Shown: positions 46,899 through 55,782 of the stretch, in pieces
Position numbering within the stretch: the stretch's first letter is position 1
Layout of the letters: every line of letters starts with the position of its first letter
Assembly (NCBI GenBank): GCA_044346445.1
Contig: JBIIZD010000002.1
Location: 549-64,548, forward strand
From: Caulobacteraceae bacterium
Lineage (GTDB): Bacteria; Pseudomonadota; Alphaproteobacteria; Caulobacterales; Caulobacteraceae
Direction of reading: 5' to 3'
DNA: 64,000 bases
Translations under genes and position numbers: made by a program
Notes under the pieces: generated by a model
Databases searched by the model: none
Seen by the model: the letters and a program-made list of their open reading frames with translations, nothing else
Told to the model about the DNA's origin: nothing

Positions 46899-48608
46899 CT
46901 AAACTACCTGGGTGGCGGTGCCAGCCACCAGATACCAGGTCACAAACAGGGCGCAGATCAAGGCTCCTGGCACATAGGAATGGGTGCGCCGCCAGGTAAA
47001 GACGCTGATCACCGCGACCATGGCCATGAGCGGCAAGAACTGCATGGCCACCACTGTGCTCAAGGGATCAAAGCGGGTCGGCAGTGAGCCTGTAACAAAG
47101 AACACGCCATAATCGAGGCCAAGCAGGAGCGCAAAACCCAGCGCCATGGCCCCAATGGCGGCCACATAGCGATTGATCGGCGCGTCGCCGCGAATGGCCA
47201 ATTGTTCGTGCAAGGCCTTTAAGGCGACCAGGAAAAACACGGTCAGACCGACCAGATAGACCGGGGCAATCTGCAACTGCGCGGCGCTGAAGGGCTTTAA
47301 GGCCAAGACCCAGAACCGAAGGTCGGTCGTAAAGACCTTGGCTGTGGCCGCAACCACGGCATAACCAATTCCCACGGTCAGCAGCGAAATCAGGACGCTA
47401 AGGCCCCAGCGATTGTCAAACTGTCCCGCTCGTCGCCGATCAACAAGGCCAAGGCCAAGCGTGATGGCCGTATTGATCAGGGCCCAGACCAGGACCTGAT
47501 TGCTGATGGTCTGCGGCAACAGGCTTGATGGCTTCATAAATAGGGTCACGAGCATAAAGGCCGGGAAATAGGTGACAATCGGCACCAGGGCCATGATCCA
47601 AAACCGCCGCCACCAGCCCCCATCGCGCACTGGGTGGGTGCCAATGGCCGCCCGGTTCAGGCCTGCGAACACAGCCAGGCCAAGCAAGACATCAAAGGTA
47701 CCGAGCAAGAGGAGAACAAACCCGATCAAGCCAATTCCGGTTCCCACCTCTTTCCATATCCAGATCTGGTTATTTGCGGGCAAGGGCGTGCCGCCGGTCA
47801 GGGTCTTGGCAAACCAGTCCAGACTATAGCCAATCGCCTCAGGACTGAAGTGATCACCAGGGTGGGTGGTGGCGGGCGTGGACAAGCGCCGGGCGGTGCC
47901 ATTGGCAATCTGGCCATAGATCCGGCCGGGCACAATGGTCTGGGTCGTGCCGAAAACAGCTTTGAGTTTTTCACTGCTGGTCACGTCCTTGGCCCGGTCG
48001 ACATTCCACATGATCTTGGAAAACTCGTCATATTGGCTAAACACCAGACCCAGATTGCGCGGCCAGGTCGGGCTGCCCTCGGCGGCAAAAGGCGCGCCGG
48101 TCGAGGAGCCTTCCAGAACAATGGCCTTATAGGCATCGGGCATGGCCGCCGCCGCCGCCAGAACCGTCCAGCCGCCCATGCTGTGACCTTCCAGACCGAT
48201 ATTGGCCTTATCGACCATGGGCAGGCTGCGCAGATAGCTCAGGCCCGCTGGCCCGCCAAAGCCTTGGGAAAAGGCCGCCCCGCCGCTATAGCCATGGCCG
48301 GTCTGGTCCATGGCCAGGACCACATAGCCGCGCCTTGCAAACTCAATTGCAAACCCGGCTTGAGTCTCGCGGCTATTGATATAGCCGTGCACAGCAAGGA
48401 TGCCGGGGGCTGGCTTGTCCGGCGTCGCGGTCTTGGGTGTATAGAGCAGGCCGCTCATCAACACGCCATCGGCCCCGGCAAAGCGGACATCATCGACCTT
48501 GATACCGCCGCTCGTCTGGATACGGCTGGCCAGATAAGCGCCGCCAAGGATCAGGGCCAGGCCCGCCAGTAAAACTACCCAAGCTTTGCGCATCTGTGTC
48601 TCCCCCAA
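46899..48608 (-). CDS. alpha/beta hydrolase fused to a C-terminal polytopic membrane domain
   Basis: 569 aa. N-terminal TM anchor and a hydrolase core with GHSMGG, followed by ~270 aa containing about 7-8 predicted hydrophobic helices. Confidence 0.7.
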   Translation of the reverse strand: MGETQMRKAWVVLLAGLALILGGAYLASRIQTSGGIKVDDVRFAGADGVLMSGLLYTPKTATPDKPAPGILAVHGYINSRETQAGFAIEFARRGYVVLAMDQTGHGYSGGAAFSQGFGGPAGLSYLRSLPMVDKANIGLEGHSMGGWTVLAAAAAMPDAYKAIVLEGSSTGAPFAAEGSPTWPRNLGLVFSQYDEFSKIMWNVDRAKDVTSSEKLKAVFGTTQTIVPGRIYGQIANGTARRLSTPATTHPGDHFSPEAIGYSLDWFAKTLTGGTPLPANNQIWIWKEVGTGIGLIGFVLLLLGTFDVLLGLAVFAGLNRAAIGTHPVRDGGWWRRFWIMALVPIVTYFPAFMLVTLFMKPSSLLPQTISNQVLVWALINTAITLGLGLVDRRRAGQFDNRWGLSVLISLLTVGIGYAVVAATAKVFTTDLRFWVLALKPFSAAQLQIAPVYLVGLTVFFLVALKALHEQLAIRGDAPINRYVAAIGAMALGFALLLGLDYGVFFVTGSLPTRFDPLSTVVAMQFLPLMAMVAVISVFTWRRTHSYVPGALICALFVTWYLVAGTATQVV

Positions 48609-48649
48609 GACGTTTAAGGCGGACCCGAAGACCCGCCTTATGATAGGCT

Positions 48650-50350
48650 CTAGACTGCGGTCTCGACCTTGAGCGCTTCGCGCAACTCACGCTTCAAGAA
48701 CTTGCCGCTGGCATTGCGCGGCAAGGGCTGGTCCATGAACCAGACATAACGCGGTGACTTGTGCTTGGCCATCAGCTCGGCGCAGTGGGTGCGAATATCG
48801 GCCGCCGTCAGGCTGGTGCCCGGCTTGAGCACCACGGCCAACCCAACCTCTTCGCCTAACCGGTCATCGGGCACGCCAAACACGCAGCACTCGGCCACGG
48901 CGGGAATGCGGAAGATACAGGCCTCGACCTCGGCGCAATAGACGTTTTCACCGCCGCGCAGCACCATGTCCTTCTTGCGATCGACAATATAGATGAAGCC
49001 ATCCTGATCGATCCGCGCAATATCGCCGGTCTGTAGCCAGCCATCGACGATCGAGCTGGCGGTCGCTTCTGGGCGGTTGATATAGCCCTTGATCACGGGC
49101 GAGCCCTTGACCCAAAGCTCACCAACCTGATCGGTGCCGAGCGTATTGCCCGCATCATCGACGCATTTGGCCTCAAGCGTTGGCACGGCCCGGCCCGCGC
49201 TTTCGGGTTTGCCGACAAAGAAGTCACCGGAGACGGAGGTGATAATGCCGCTAGTCTCGGTCATGCCATAGCCGGTATTGGGCCTAGCGGTCTTGACCGT
49301 GCTGTCGATCTTGGCGACCAGATCGGGCTGAAGCTGCGCGCCGCCGCCGCCAAGACTGGTCAGGCTGGAGGTGTCATAGGCTTCAAATTCAGGGTGGTTG
49401 ATCAGTTCGCGCGACATGACCGGCACACCGCTCATGGCCGTGACGCCTTCGCGGGCAATGATCTTCAAGGCCTCGCCCGCGTCCCAGCGATACATCAGCA
49501 CAATCGCGCCGCCGCCCGCCGTCGTCAGATAAGCGCCGCAATTATTGGCTGTGACATGGAAGAGCGGCGTGGTCAGAAGCGAAACCGGGATCGGGGCTTG
49601 TTCTGGCGGGATCGGCGCAATGCCGGTCGCACGGTGCATGGCCAGGGCCTGAACCTGTCCGGCAAACACCATATTAAACAGGTTGGCAATACAGCTGCGA
49701 TGGGTCAGCTGCGCGCCCTTGGGCATGCCCGTCGTGCCCGATGTATAAAAGATGCAGGCATCGGTTTCAGGATCAATAGCCACCTGAGGCAGGCCGCCGG
49801 TATGGGCGATCACATCCGCCCACTGCACGACGCCCGCCGCCGCACCGGGGCTGCGCACTGCCACCAGGGTCATGCCCTTGGCCATATCGGGTTGCTCGGC
49901 CATCCGCGCCAGACGCTCGGCATCGGCAAACACCACTTTTGGCGCGGAATCCTTGAGGGCATAGGCCAGTTCTTCGGGCGCCCACCAGGCATTGAGCCCG
50001 ACCACGGCCACGCCAATGCTAAGGCACGCCCAATAGATCAGCATCCATTCGGGATAATTGCGCATGCCAATGGCCACCCTATCCCCGATCTTGACGCCTT
50101 GCGCATCCAGCCAGGCTGCGATTGCGGCGACCTGGGCATGGGACTGGGTATAGGTCAGGCGCTCATCTTCATAGATCAGATAGGTGCGCTCGCCAAAGGC
50201 AGCGGTCGACAACCAGAAGTCACGAATACTGGCCGGAGCATGCTTGAAACAGCGCAGGTTCTGCCCACCAATCTGGTTTTCAACAATTTCGAACGGCGAG
50301 CCGGGGGCAATCAATTCTTCCCAGGCTTTTGTCAATTCAGCGTAATGCAT
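48650..50350 (-). CDS. AMP-dependent acyl-CoA synthetase (long-chain fatty acid-CoA ligase-like)
   Basis: 566 aa. Motifs FYTSGTTGMPKGA, GWLQTGD, PRNASGKFLKR. Confidence 0.9.
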   Translation of the reverse strand: MHYAELTKAWEELIAPGSPFEIVENQIGGQNLRCFKHAPASIRDFWLSTAAFGERTYLIYEDERLTYTQSHAQVAAIAAWLDAQGVKIGDRVAIGMRNYPEWMLIYWACLSIGVAVVGLNAWWAPEELAYALKDSAPKVVFADAERLARMAEQPDMAKGMTLVAVRSPGAAAGVVQWADVIAHTGGLPQVAIDPETDACIFYTSGTTGMPKGAQLTHRSCIANLFNMVFAGQVQALAMHRATGIAPIPPEQAPIPVSLLTTPLFHVTANNCGAYLTTAGGGAIVLMYRWDAGEALKIIAREGVTAMSGVPVMSRELINHPEFEAYDTSSLTSLGGGGAQLQPDLVAKIDSTVKTARPNTGYGMTETSGIITSVSGDFFVGKPESAGRAVPTLEAKCVDDAGNTLGTDQVGELWVKGSPVIKGYINRPEATASSIVDGWLQTGDIARIDQDGFIYIVDRKKDMVLRGGENVYCAEVEACIFRIPAVAECCVFGVPDDRLGEEVGLAVVLKPGTSLTAADIRTHCAELMAKHKSPRYVWFMDQPLPRNASGKFLKRELREALKVETAV

Positions 50351-50437
50351 TCTTCCTCCGAAGGGTCTGGTCTGATGCCGAACTTGAAATGTCTAATCTG
50401 TTTGTGGCGTGATCATGTCAGACGCTAAAGCGTTACG

Positions 50438-51979
50438 CTACAGGGCTTTGACCTCTGCCGCTGCGTCATCTCGGCGCTTTTTTGACAAAACTGCAATATC
50501 GGCCTGCCAAGATAGCCCCAGCGCCTTCAGCATGGCCTCGCGCTCGGGGCCAAGCCTTGGTGGATAACCGGCGGCATTGCGTTTCTTGCCGCGCGCCCAA
50601 TAGCCCAAGACGCGCATCAGATTGCGCGGCCGCTTAAGCCAGGCATCGGGATGTTCGAGCATGTGAAAGCCGCGCATGGCTTCGCGCAGCAGGTCCGTAT
50701 CAAAGCGGATGGCCGGGGTAATCGCGTCTTCCAAAAACGATTTCAGCATCCGCGCCTTGAAACTGGGCTTATAGTCTGGGGTCAGAACCTGTTCTGCCCT
50801 GCGCATGGCGCTGCGATCCTGGCGCAGCATGGACTGGTAATAGGGCCGGACATCAGACTCTAGCCGCTGATCATAGGCAAGCACACGAGCGGCAGGATCA
50901 CGGGTCTGGTTCAGCACGTCGCGCAGACCATAGGCCTCGACGGCAGCGAAAGAGCAGCCCCGTCCATAGAGCGGATTGGTCCGGATCAGGCTATCGCCCA
51001 CGGCAAAAAAGCCTAGCACAGCGGGCTTGTCATCCTTGACCAGTTTGCGCCAGCGACTGTGCAGATTGCCCATGCCAAACACCTTGCTGACGGCCTGCGC
51101 CTGATCAGGCAGGGTCCAGACCTTGAGGCCGGGAATATTGGCGACCATGGCGTCCCAAATCTTTGGCTGCACGATGGCCTTGCGCATTTCATACTCGATT
51201 TCCGGCGTGCAAAGCGTGATCGAAAAACAGCCATTATCGGCGGGAAACACGCCAAATTTCAGATAGCCAAGATCGCCGGTCGCGGGGGGATTGCCTTCGC
51301 GCGGCGGCTCGCTGCGACCTGGCCTTAGCTTATAATGACGGGTGAAATAGAGGATGCCGGCGGTTTCGCTGTCCTCGGCGATTGGCGCGCCCTCGGCCAC
51401 CAGTTGCTCCATTGCCGAGCCATTCTTGCCGCCGGTATCAATGATCAGATCAGCAGTCAGTTCGACCGGGCCGGTTTCATCGTCTGCGACGACACCGCGC
51501 ACGGTCAAGGTGCCGTCTGCGGCGCGATCGGTCAGCAAGCTGCGGACAAAAATATCGGAGCGGATGGTGACATTGGCCATGCGCTCGACATAGCGGCGGA
51601 TCACCAGTTCCATGGTGGTGCGGCGACTGGTCAATATGGTCAGTTCGGCGTCCTCAGCCGTCGGCACATAGCTGGCCTTCTGCATTGGGGTCAAAAGCCC
51701 GTCAAAGGCCAGTTCGCGCACGCCAATATCCAGCAGGTCTTGGCGCAGCCTCGGATGGTCCGTCTTGATGATCTTGCCCAGCCGCGCCAAAAAGGCATGG
51801 CTTTGACGCAGTTGACCAACGCCCTTGCGGCTCCAGTCGCGAAAGGCGCAGTCGACGTCGCCCGGGGGCGGTGTGCCGTCGCGCTCCAGCAGGGTGATCG
51901 ACCGGCCCGTGGGGCCAAGCGCAAGCGCGGTGCAAAGCCCGCCAATTCCGGCCCCGATGACAAGCACTGTTTCGGTCAT
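50438..51979 (-). CDS. FAD-dependent oxidoreductase
   Basis: 513 aa. N-terminal dinucleotide fold VLVIGAGIGGLCTALAL...LLERD. Confidence 0.7.
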   Translation of the reverse strand: MTETVLVIGAGIGGLCTALALGPTGRSITLLERDGTPPPGDVDCAFRDWSRKGVGQLRQSHAFLARLGKIIKTDHPRLRQDLLDIGVRELAFDGLLTPMQKASYVPTAEDAELTILTSRRTTMELVIRRYVERMANVTIRSDIFVRSLLTDRAADGTLTVRGVVADDETGPVELTADLIIDTGGKNGSAMEQLVAEGAPIAEDSETAGILYFTRHYKLRPGRSEPPREGNPPATGDLGYLKFGVFPADNGCFSITLCTPEIEYEMRKAIVQPKIWDAMVANIPGLKVWTLPDQAQAVSKVFGMGNLHSRWRKLVKDDKPAVLGFFAVGDSLIRTNPLYGRGCSFAAVEAYGLRDVLNQTRDPAARVLAYDQRLESDVRPYYQSMLRQDRSAMRRAEQVLTPDYKPSFKARMLKSFLEDAITPAIRFDTDLLREAMRGFHMLEHPDAWLKRPRNLMRVLGYWARGKKRNAAGYPPRLGPEREAMLKALGLSWQADIAVLSKKRRDDAAAEVKAL

Positions 51980-52063
51980 ACTGGTCTGTTCCGTTCATCC
52001 CTGCGCCGGGCGCCTTGGTCAGCCCGATCTTTTCGCCATCATGCCAGAGCCCTATCGCCTAGG

Positions 52064-52894
52064 CTAGCGCCCCTCAAATCGCGGGGGGCGTTTTTCGAAA
52101 AAGGCCTGCACGCCTTCGCCTACATCCTGACTGGGATTGGTGATCATTACCGCCATCTGGGCATCGAGCATTGAGGCCTCCAGACTGATCTGGCTAGCCT
52201 TGCCCATCATCATCTTGGTCAGGCGCACCGCCAGCGGGGCCTTGGCGGCCAATTGACGGCAAAAGTCCAGGCAGCGCGCCTCAAGTTCGCTGTCCGCGAC
52301 CACCTCGGTGACAAGACCCAGTCTTTGCGCTTCATCGGCGGGATAGATTTCGCTCAGCAAGGTCATTTTTAAGGCCCGGTCTAGGCCCATGGCGCGGGGA
52401 AACAGCCAGGCCCCGCCTTCGTCGGGCAAGAGTCCAACCTTGTTGCTGGTATCGCCCAGCTTGGCGCTTGCCGCCGCAAAGCGAAAATCACAGGCCAGCG
52501 CAAGGGCAAGCCCCCCGGCCACAGCATAGCCGCGCACCATGGCAAGGCTTGGCTTGTCCAGTTTCTGCAAGGCGCTGACCACGGCCTGCATGCCATCGCG
52601 CATTTCGCGGCCATGACCCATGGGCTGGCTGGCTACCTTTTGGCTGTGTTCGGGCTCAGACCCAGACAAATCGCCGCCGGTGCAAAAGGCCCGCTCACCA
52701 GCCCCGGTCAGGATCAGGACCTTGAGGTCGTCATCCGCAGCAAAGGCGGCGATTGCGCCTTGCAAGTCCTTGGTCATGCCAAAACTATAGGCATTCATCT
52801 GGGCCGGGCGGTTGAGGCTAATCCGCGCCACGCCGGGGGCGGGCACGTCGCAAAGCAGGCTTGGATAGGCCTTGGCCAAGAAGGCTATTGTCAT
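52064..52894 (-). CDS. enoyl-CoA hydratase/isomerase (crotonase) family protein
   Basis: 276 aa. LTGAGERAFCTGGDL oxyanion-hole motif and crotonase-fold length. Confidence 0.85.
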   Translation of the reverse strand: MTIAFLAKAYPSLLCDVPAPGVARISLNRPAQMNAYSFGMTKDLQGAIAAFAADDDLKVLILTGAGERAFCTGGDLSGSEPEHSQKVASQPMGHGREMRDGMQAVVSALQKLDKPSLAMVRGYAVAGGLALALACDFRFAAASAKLGDTSNKVGLLPDEGGAWLFPRAMGLDRALKMTLLSEIYPADEAQRLGLVTEVVADSELEARCLDFCRQLAAKAPLAVRLTKMMMGKASQISLEASMLDAQMAVMITNPSQDVGEGVQAFFEKRPPRFEGR

Positions 52895-53064
52895 GGGGGT
52901 TTTGCCTCACGCTTGAGATTTTTTGTGCAGCATAGCCAGACAAACGCGCCTTCATCCAGCCCGATCTCGGTCCTGATAAAAGTCTTGCTGGTCTAGCTAT
53001 CATGAAACTGACATGAGCAAGTCATAGTATAGTCGCGATTCTGATCCTGTAGGGAGACCGCCAA

Positions 53065-54408
53065 GTGCGCCGATATATTGCCACCGTCCTGACCTGCCTT
53101 GGCCTTAGTGCCGCCAGCGCCCTGGTGCCTGCCGCCGCTGTGGCTGGTCCGGTTTTGCTGATTTCGATTGACGGGCTACAGCCTGCCGATGTGCTCAATG
53201 CCAAGGCGCGGGGCCTGTCGGTGCCGACGCTTTCGGGCCTGGTCAAGGAAGGGGCCTATGCCCAGACCGTGCGCGGCGTCCTGCCGACCGTGACCTATCC
53301 TAGCCATACAACCATTGTCACCGGGGTTTGGCCCGCTCAGCATGGCATTGTCAATAATCAGACCTTTGACCCGCTGCAAAAGAACCGGCAGGGCTGGTAC
53401 TGGTATGCCGAGGACATCAAGGTGCCCACCCTTTGGGCGGCGGCGCATAAGGGCGGCATGAAGGTCGTTAATGTGCATTGGCCGGTCAGTGTTGGCGCTG
53501 AGGGCATTGATCTTAATCTGCCGCAGCTTTGGACTTCAGGCTCGCCCGATGACCGCAAGCTCAATCGCGCCTTGGCAACCAAGGGCCTGACCGAACGGTT
53601 GGAGGCCAAGGTCGGCGCCTATGCTGATGGCATTGATGAAAGCGTTGAGGGCGATGAAAACCGCGGCAAATTTGCTGAAGTTCTGATGGCCGAAGAAAAG
53701 CCCGGCTTTGCCACTGTCTATTTCACTGGCCTTGACCATGTGCAGCATGAGAGCGGTCCTGATACGCCACAGGCACATGCAGCGCTGGAGCGGATCGATA
53801 CCGCCGTTGGCAAGGTCATTGCTGCCGCGCGCAAGTCGCAGCCCAATATCAATATCGTCATTGTTTCGGATCATGGATTTGCCCCCATATCCAAGGACGT
53901 AAACCTGATGGGCGCCTTTATTCAGGCCGGCCTGATCAAGGTCGATATGGCGACGAGCAAGATCGTGTCCTGGGAGGCTACACCCTGGATGGCCGGTGGT
54001 TCCTCGGCCATTGTCTTGGCTCGCCCCGATGACGCCGCCTTGCGGGCCAAGGTTGAAGGTCTGTTGGATGCCATGAAGGCCAATCCCGAACTTGGTGTTG
54101 ATCGCTGGATCAAGGCAGATGAAATGGCGGCCCTAGGCGGTGGCGGCGCGCAATATTTCCTCAATTTCAAGCCCGGCTTCCAATCAGGCCGCAACCCAAC
54201 CGCGCCCGCCGTTAGCCCCAGCACGAGCAAAGGCATGCATGGCTATTTCCCTGAGCTTGCCCTGATGCGCGCAGCCCTGATCGCGGCGGGTCCCGATGTT
54301 AAGGCCAAGGGTGCACTGGGCGAGTTGGATATGCGCGACATCGCCCCCTCCATCGCCCGCGTGCTCGGCGTGGAAGCACCAAACCCTGGGCGCAAGCCGG
54401 TTTTCTAG
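53065..54408 (+). CDS. secreted alkaline-phosphatase-superfamily nucleotide pyrophosphatase/phosphodiesterase (NPP-like)
   Basis: Signal peptide. Motifs SIDGLQPADV, PTVTYPSHTTIVTG (Thr nucleophile context) and VSDHGF. GTG start. Confidence 0.8.
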   Translation: MRRYIATVLTCLGLSAASALVPAAAVAGPVLLISIDGLQPADVLNAKARGLSVPTLSGLVKEGAYAQTVRGVLPTVTYPSHTTIVTGVWPAQHGIVNNQTFDPLQKNRQGWYWYAEDIKVPTLWAAAHKGGMKVVNVHWPVSVGAEGIDLNLPQLWTSGSPDDRKLNRALATKGLTERLEAKVGAYADGIDESVEGDENRGKFAEVLMAEEKPGFATVYFTGLDHVQHESGPDTPQAHAALERIDTAVGKVIAAARKSQPNINIVIVSDHGFAPISKDVNLMGAFIQAGLIKVDMATSKIVSWEATPWMAGGSSAIVLARPDDAALRAKVEGLLDAMKANPELGVDRWIKADEMAALGGGGAQYFLNFKPGFQSGRNPTAPAVSPSTSKGMHGYFPELALMRAALIAAGPDVKAKGALGELDMRDIAPSIARVLGVEAPNPGRKPVF

Positions 54409-54501
54409 GATCGGCAAAGGCTCAATCCACGCTCAGGCAATCTGGTTTGTCTACAAGCTGACGAACCTTATGAAGCGCGGCCTCGACACGCTCAAGCCCT
54501 T

Positions 54502-54597
54502 CACCCTCCGCCGCCTTCCCCCGCGAAGGCGGGGAGCCAGAAGATAGGTTACTGGGCTTGCGAAACGGTCTGGGCCCCGGCCTTGGCGGGGGGGTGA
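54502..54597. repeat. single palindromic REP/MITE-like unit, inverted relative to the 59.9-60.4 kb array
   Basis: caccctccgccgccttcccccgcgaaggcggggagccag ... cgaaacggtctgggccccggccttggcggggggg. It shares the ccccgcgaaggcgggg hairpin and the cccagaccgtttcg segment (here reverse-complemented) with the array units. Confidence 0.7.
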
Positions 54598-54665
54598 TAT
54601 GAGATAAATCTTCCCCCACCGAACGTGGATTGAACCTAGTCAAACACAGGTTTGTTTGTGAGCTC

Positions 54666-54704
54666 AACCGGCCCTTCGATAAACGAGGGACCGGTTGTTT
54701 TTTT
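54666..54704 (+). terminator. strong rho-independent terminator without an adjacent upstream gene
   Basis: aaccggccct-(10 nt loop)-agggaccggtt: a 10-bp stem with one bulge, followed by gTTTTTTTT. The nearest + strand stop is 258 nt upstream (54408). Confidence 0.7.
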
Positions 54705-54724
54705 CAGCATAAATTTTCGTCTAT

Positions 54725-54756
54725 TTGAGATATCTGAATATTGAGATATCTGAATA
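54725..54756. promoter_or_regulatory. perfect tandem duplication of a 16-bp unit containing the palindrome AGATATCT
   Basis: ttgagatatctgaata occurs twice, at 54725-54740 and 54741-54756, 55-86 bp upstream of the ATG at 54811. Confidence 0.4.
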
Positions 54757-54810
54757 TATAGATTATATATTTCGTTAAAATGCGTCCTTGGCTCTATTAG
54801 GATTTATTAC

Positions 54811-55704
54811 ATGCAGCGCTCTGGGTTTTCCGTTTTTTTAAATAATACTTCCAAGCGCTCCGGTTTGAAGGTGTGGGCGGTGGCGGGTGCGCTCATTGGC
54901 CTGACAGCCTGTTCAACCCTGCCCGAGCCGACGGGTCAGTTGAGCGGCTATGGCAATCTTGATAAATCCAAAGGCGTGGTTGCGCGCTATAAGACGTTTG
55001 CGAACCATGACGGCCTTGCCGAATATAAGCGTATCCACATCCGCCCCGTTGTTATTACAGCATCGGCTGCGGCTAAGGCCGGGGATGCGAACCTGAATCT
55101 GGTTAGCAATGCGATCGCGCGGGACATGTGCAATGCCTTGGCCGGTTACTATCAGATTGTTGATCAGGCCGGAGCCGATAGCCTGGAGCTTGCGGCGTTT
55201 GTGACCGATTTTTCACCGACCAGCGCAAAGGCGTCCGCCGCCTCATCGGCCATCGGGTTCTTTTCACCCGTCTCTCGCCTTCCCATCGGCCTTGGGCTTT
55301 TGTCCGCCGAAGCCGAGGTTCTGTCCCCTGATGGCCAGCAATTGGCCAGTCTGGTCTGGTCACGAAAGGCCAATTTACTCGATACGGGCGGCTTGTCGCA
55401 GATCAGTGATGCCTATGCGTTTTCGGGCGGGTTTTCATCGGCCTTTGTTAAGGTTTTGAAACCCGTCAAGTCCCCCGTCAAATCCAATCTATCTGCTGCG
55501 CCCAAGCCCGGTTCCAAGGCCTTCGAGCAGCAAAAAGCGGTTAATGGCGCCGCCTGTAAGGTCTATGGCGAGGGACCCGGCGTTAAGGGCTTTTTGAATC
55601 GCTTTTCGCCCCTAGGCGCCCCGCCTGAATGGATTGACAAGGGACGCGCTACGAAACCCCAGCCTGATCAGGAGCCTGCCAAGGCAAAAGCGGCGCCCAA
55701 ATAA
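54811..55704 (+). CDS. hypothetical lipoprotein (DUF3313-like by recollection)
   Basis: 297 aa, lipobox LIGLTAC, no catalytic motifs recognised. Confidence 0.55.
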   Translation: MQRSGFSVFLNNTSKRSGLKVWAVAGALIGLTACSTLPEPTGQLSGYGNLDKSKGVVARYKTFANHDGLAEYKRIHIRPVVITASAAAKAGDANLNLVSNAIARDMCNALAGYYQIVDQAGADSLELAAFVTDFSPTSAKASAASSAIGFFSPVSRLPIGLGLLSAEAEVLSPDGQQLASLVWSRKANLLDTGGLSQISDAYAFSGGFSSAFVKVLKPVKSPVKSNLSAAPKPGSKAFEQQKAVNGAACKVYGEGPGVKGFLNRFSPLGAPPEWIDKGRATKPQPDQEPAKAKAAPK

Positions 55705-55782
55705 GCGACTGGTCAGAAACTCTAGAATAGGCCAAGCTCTGGAAAAGGCCTCGAAAAGAGGCTGTATCGGGAGGTTGTCTAG

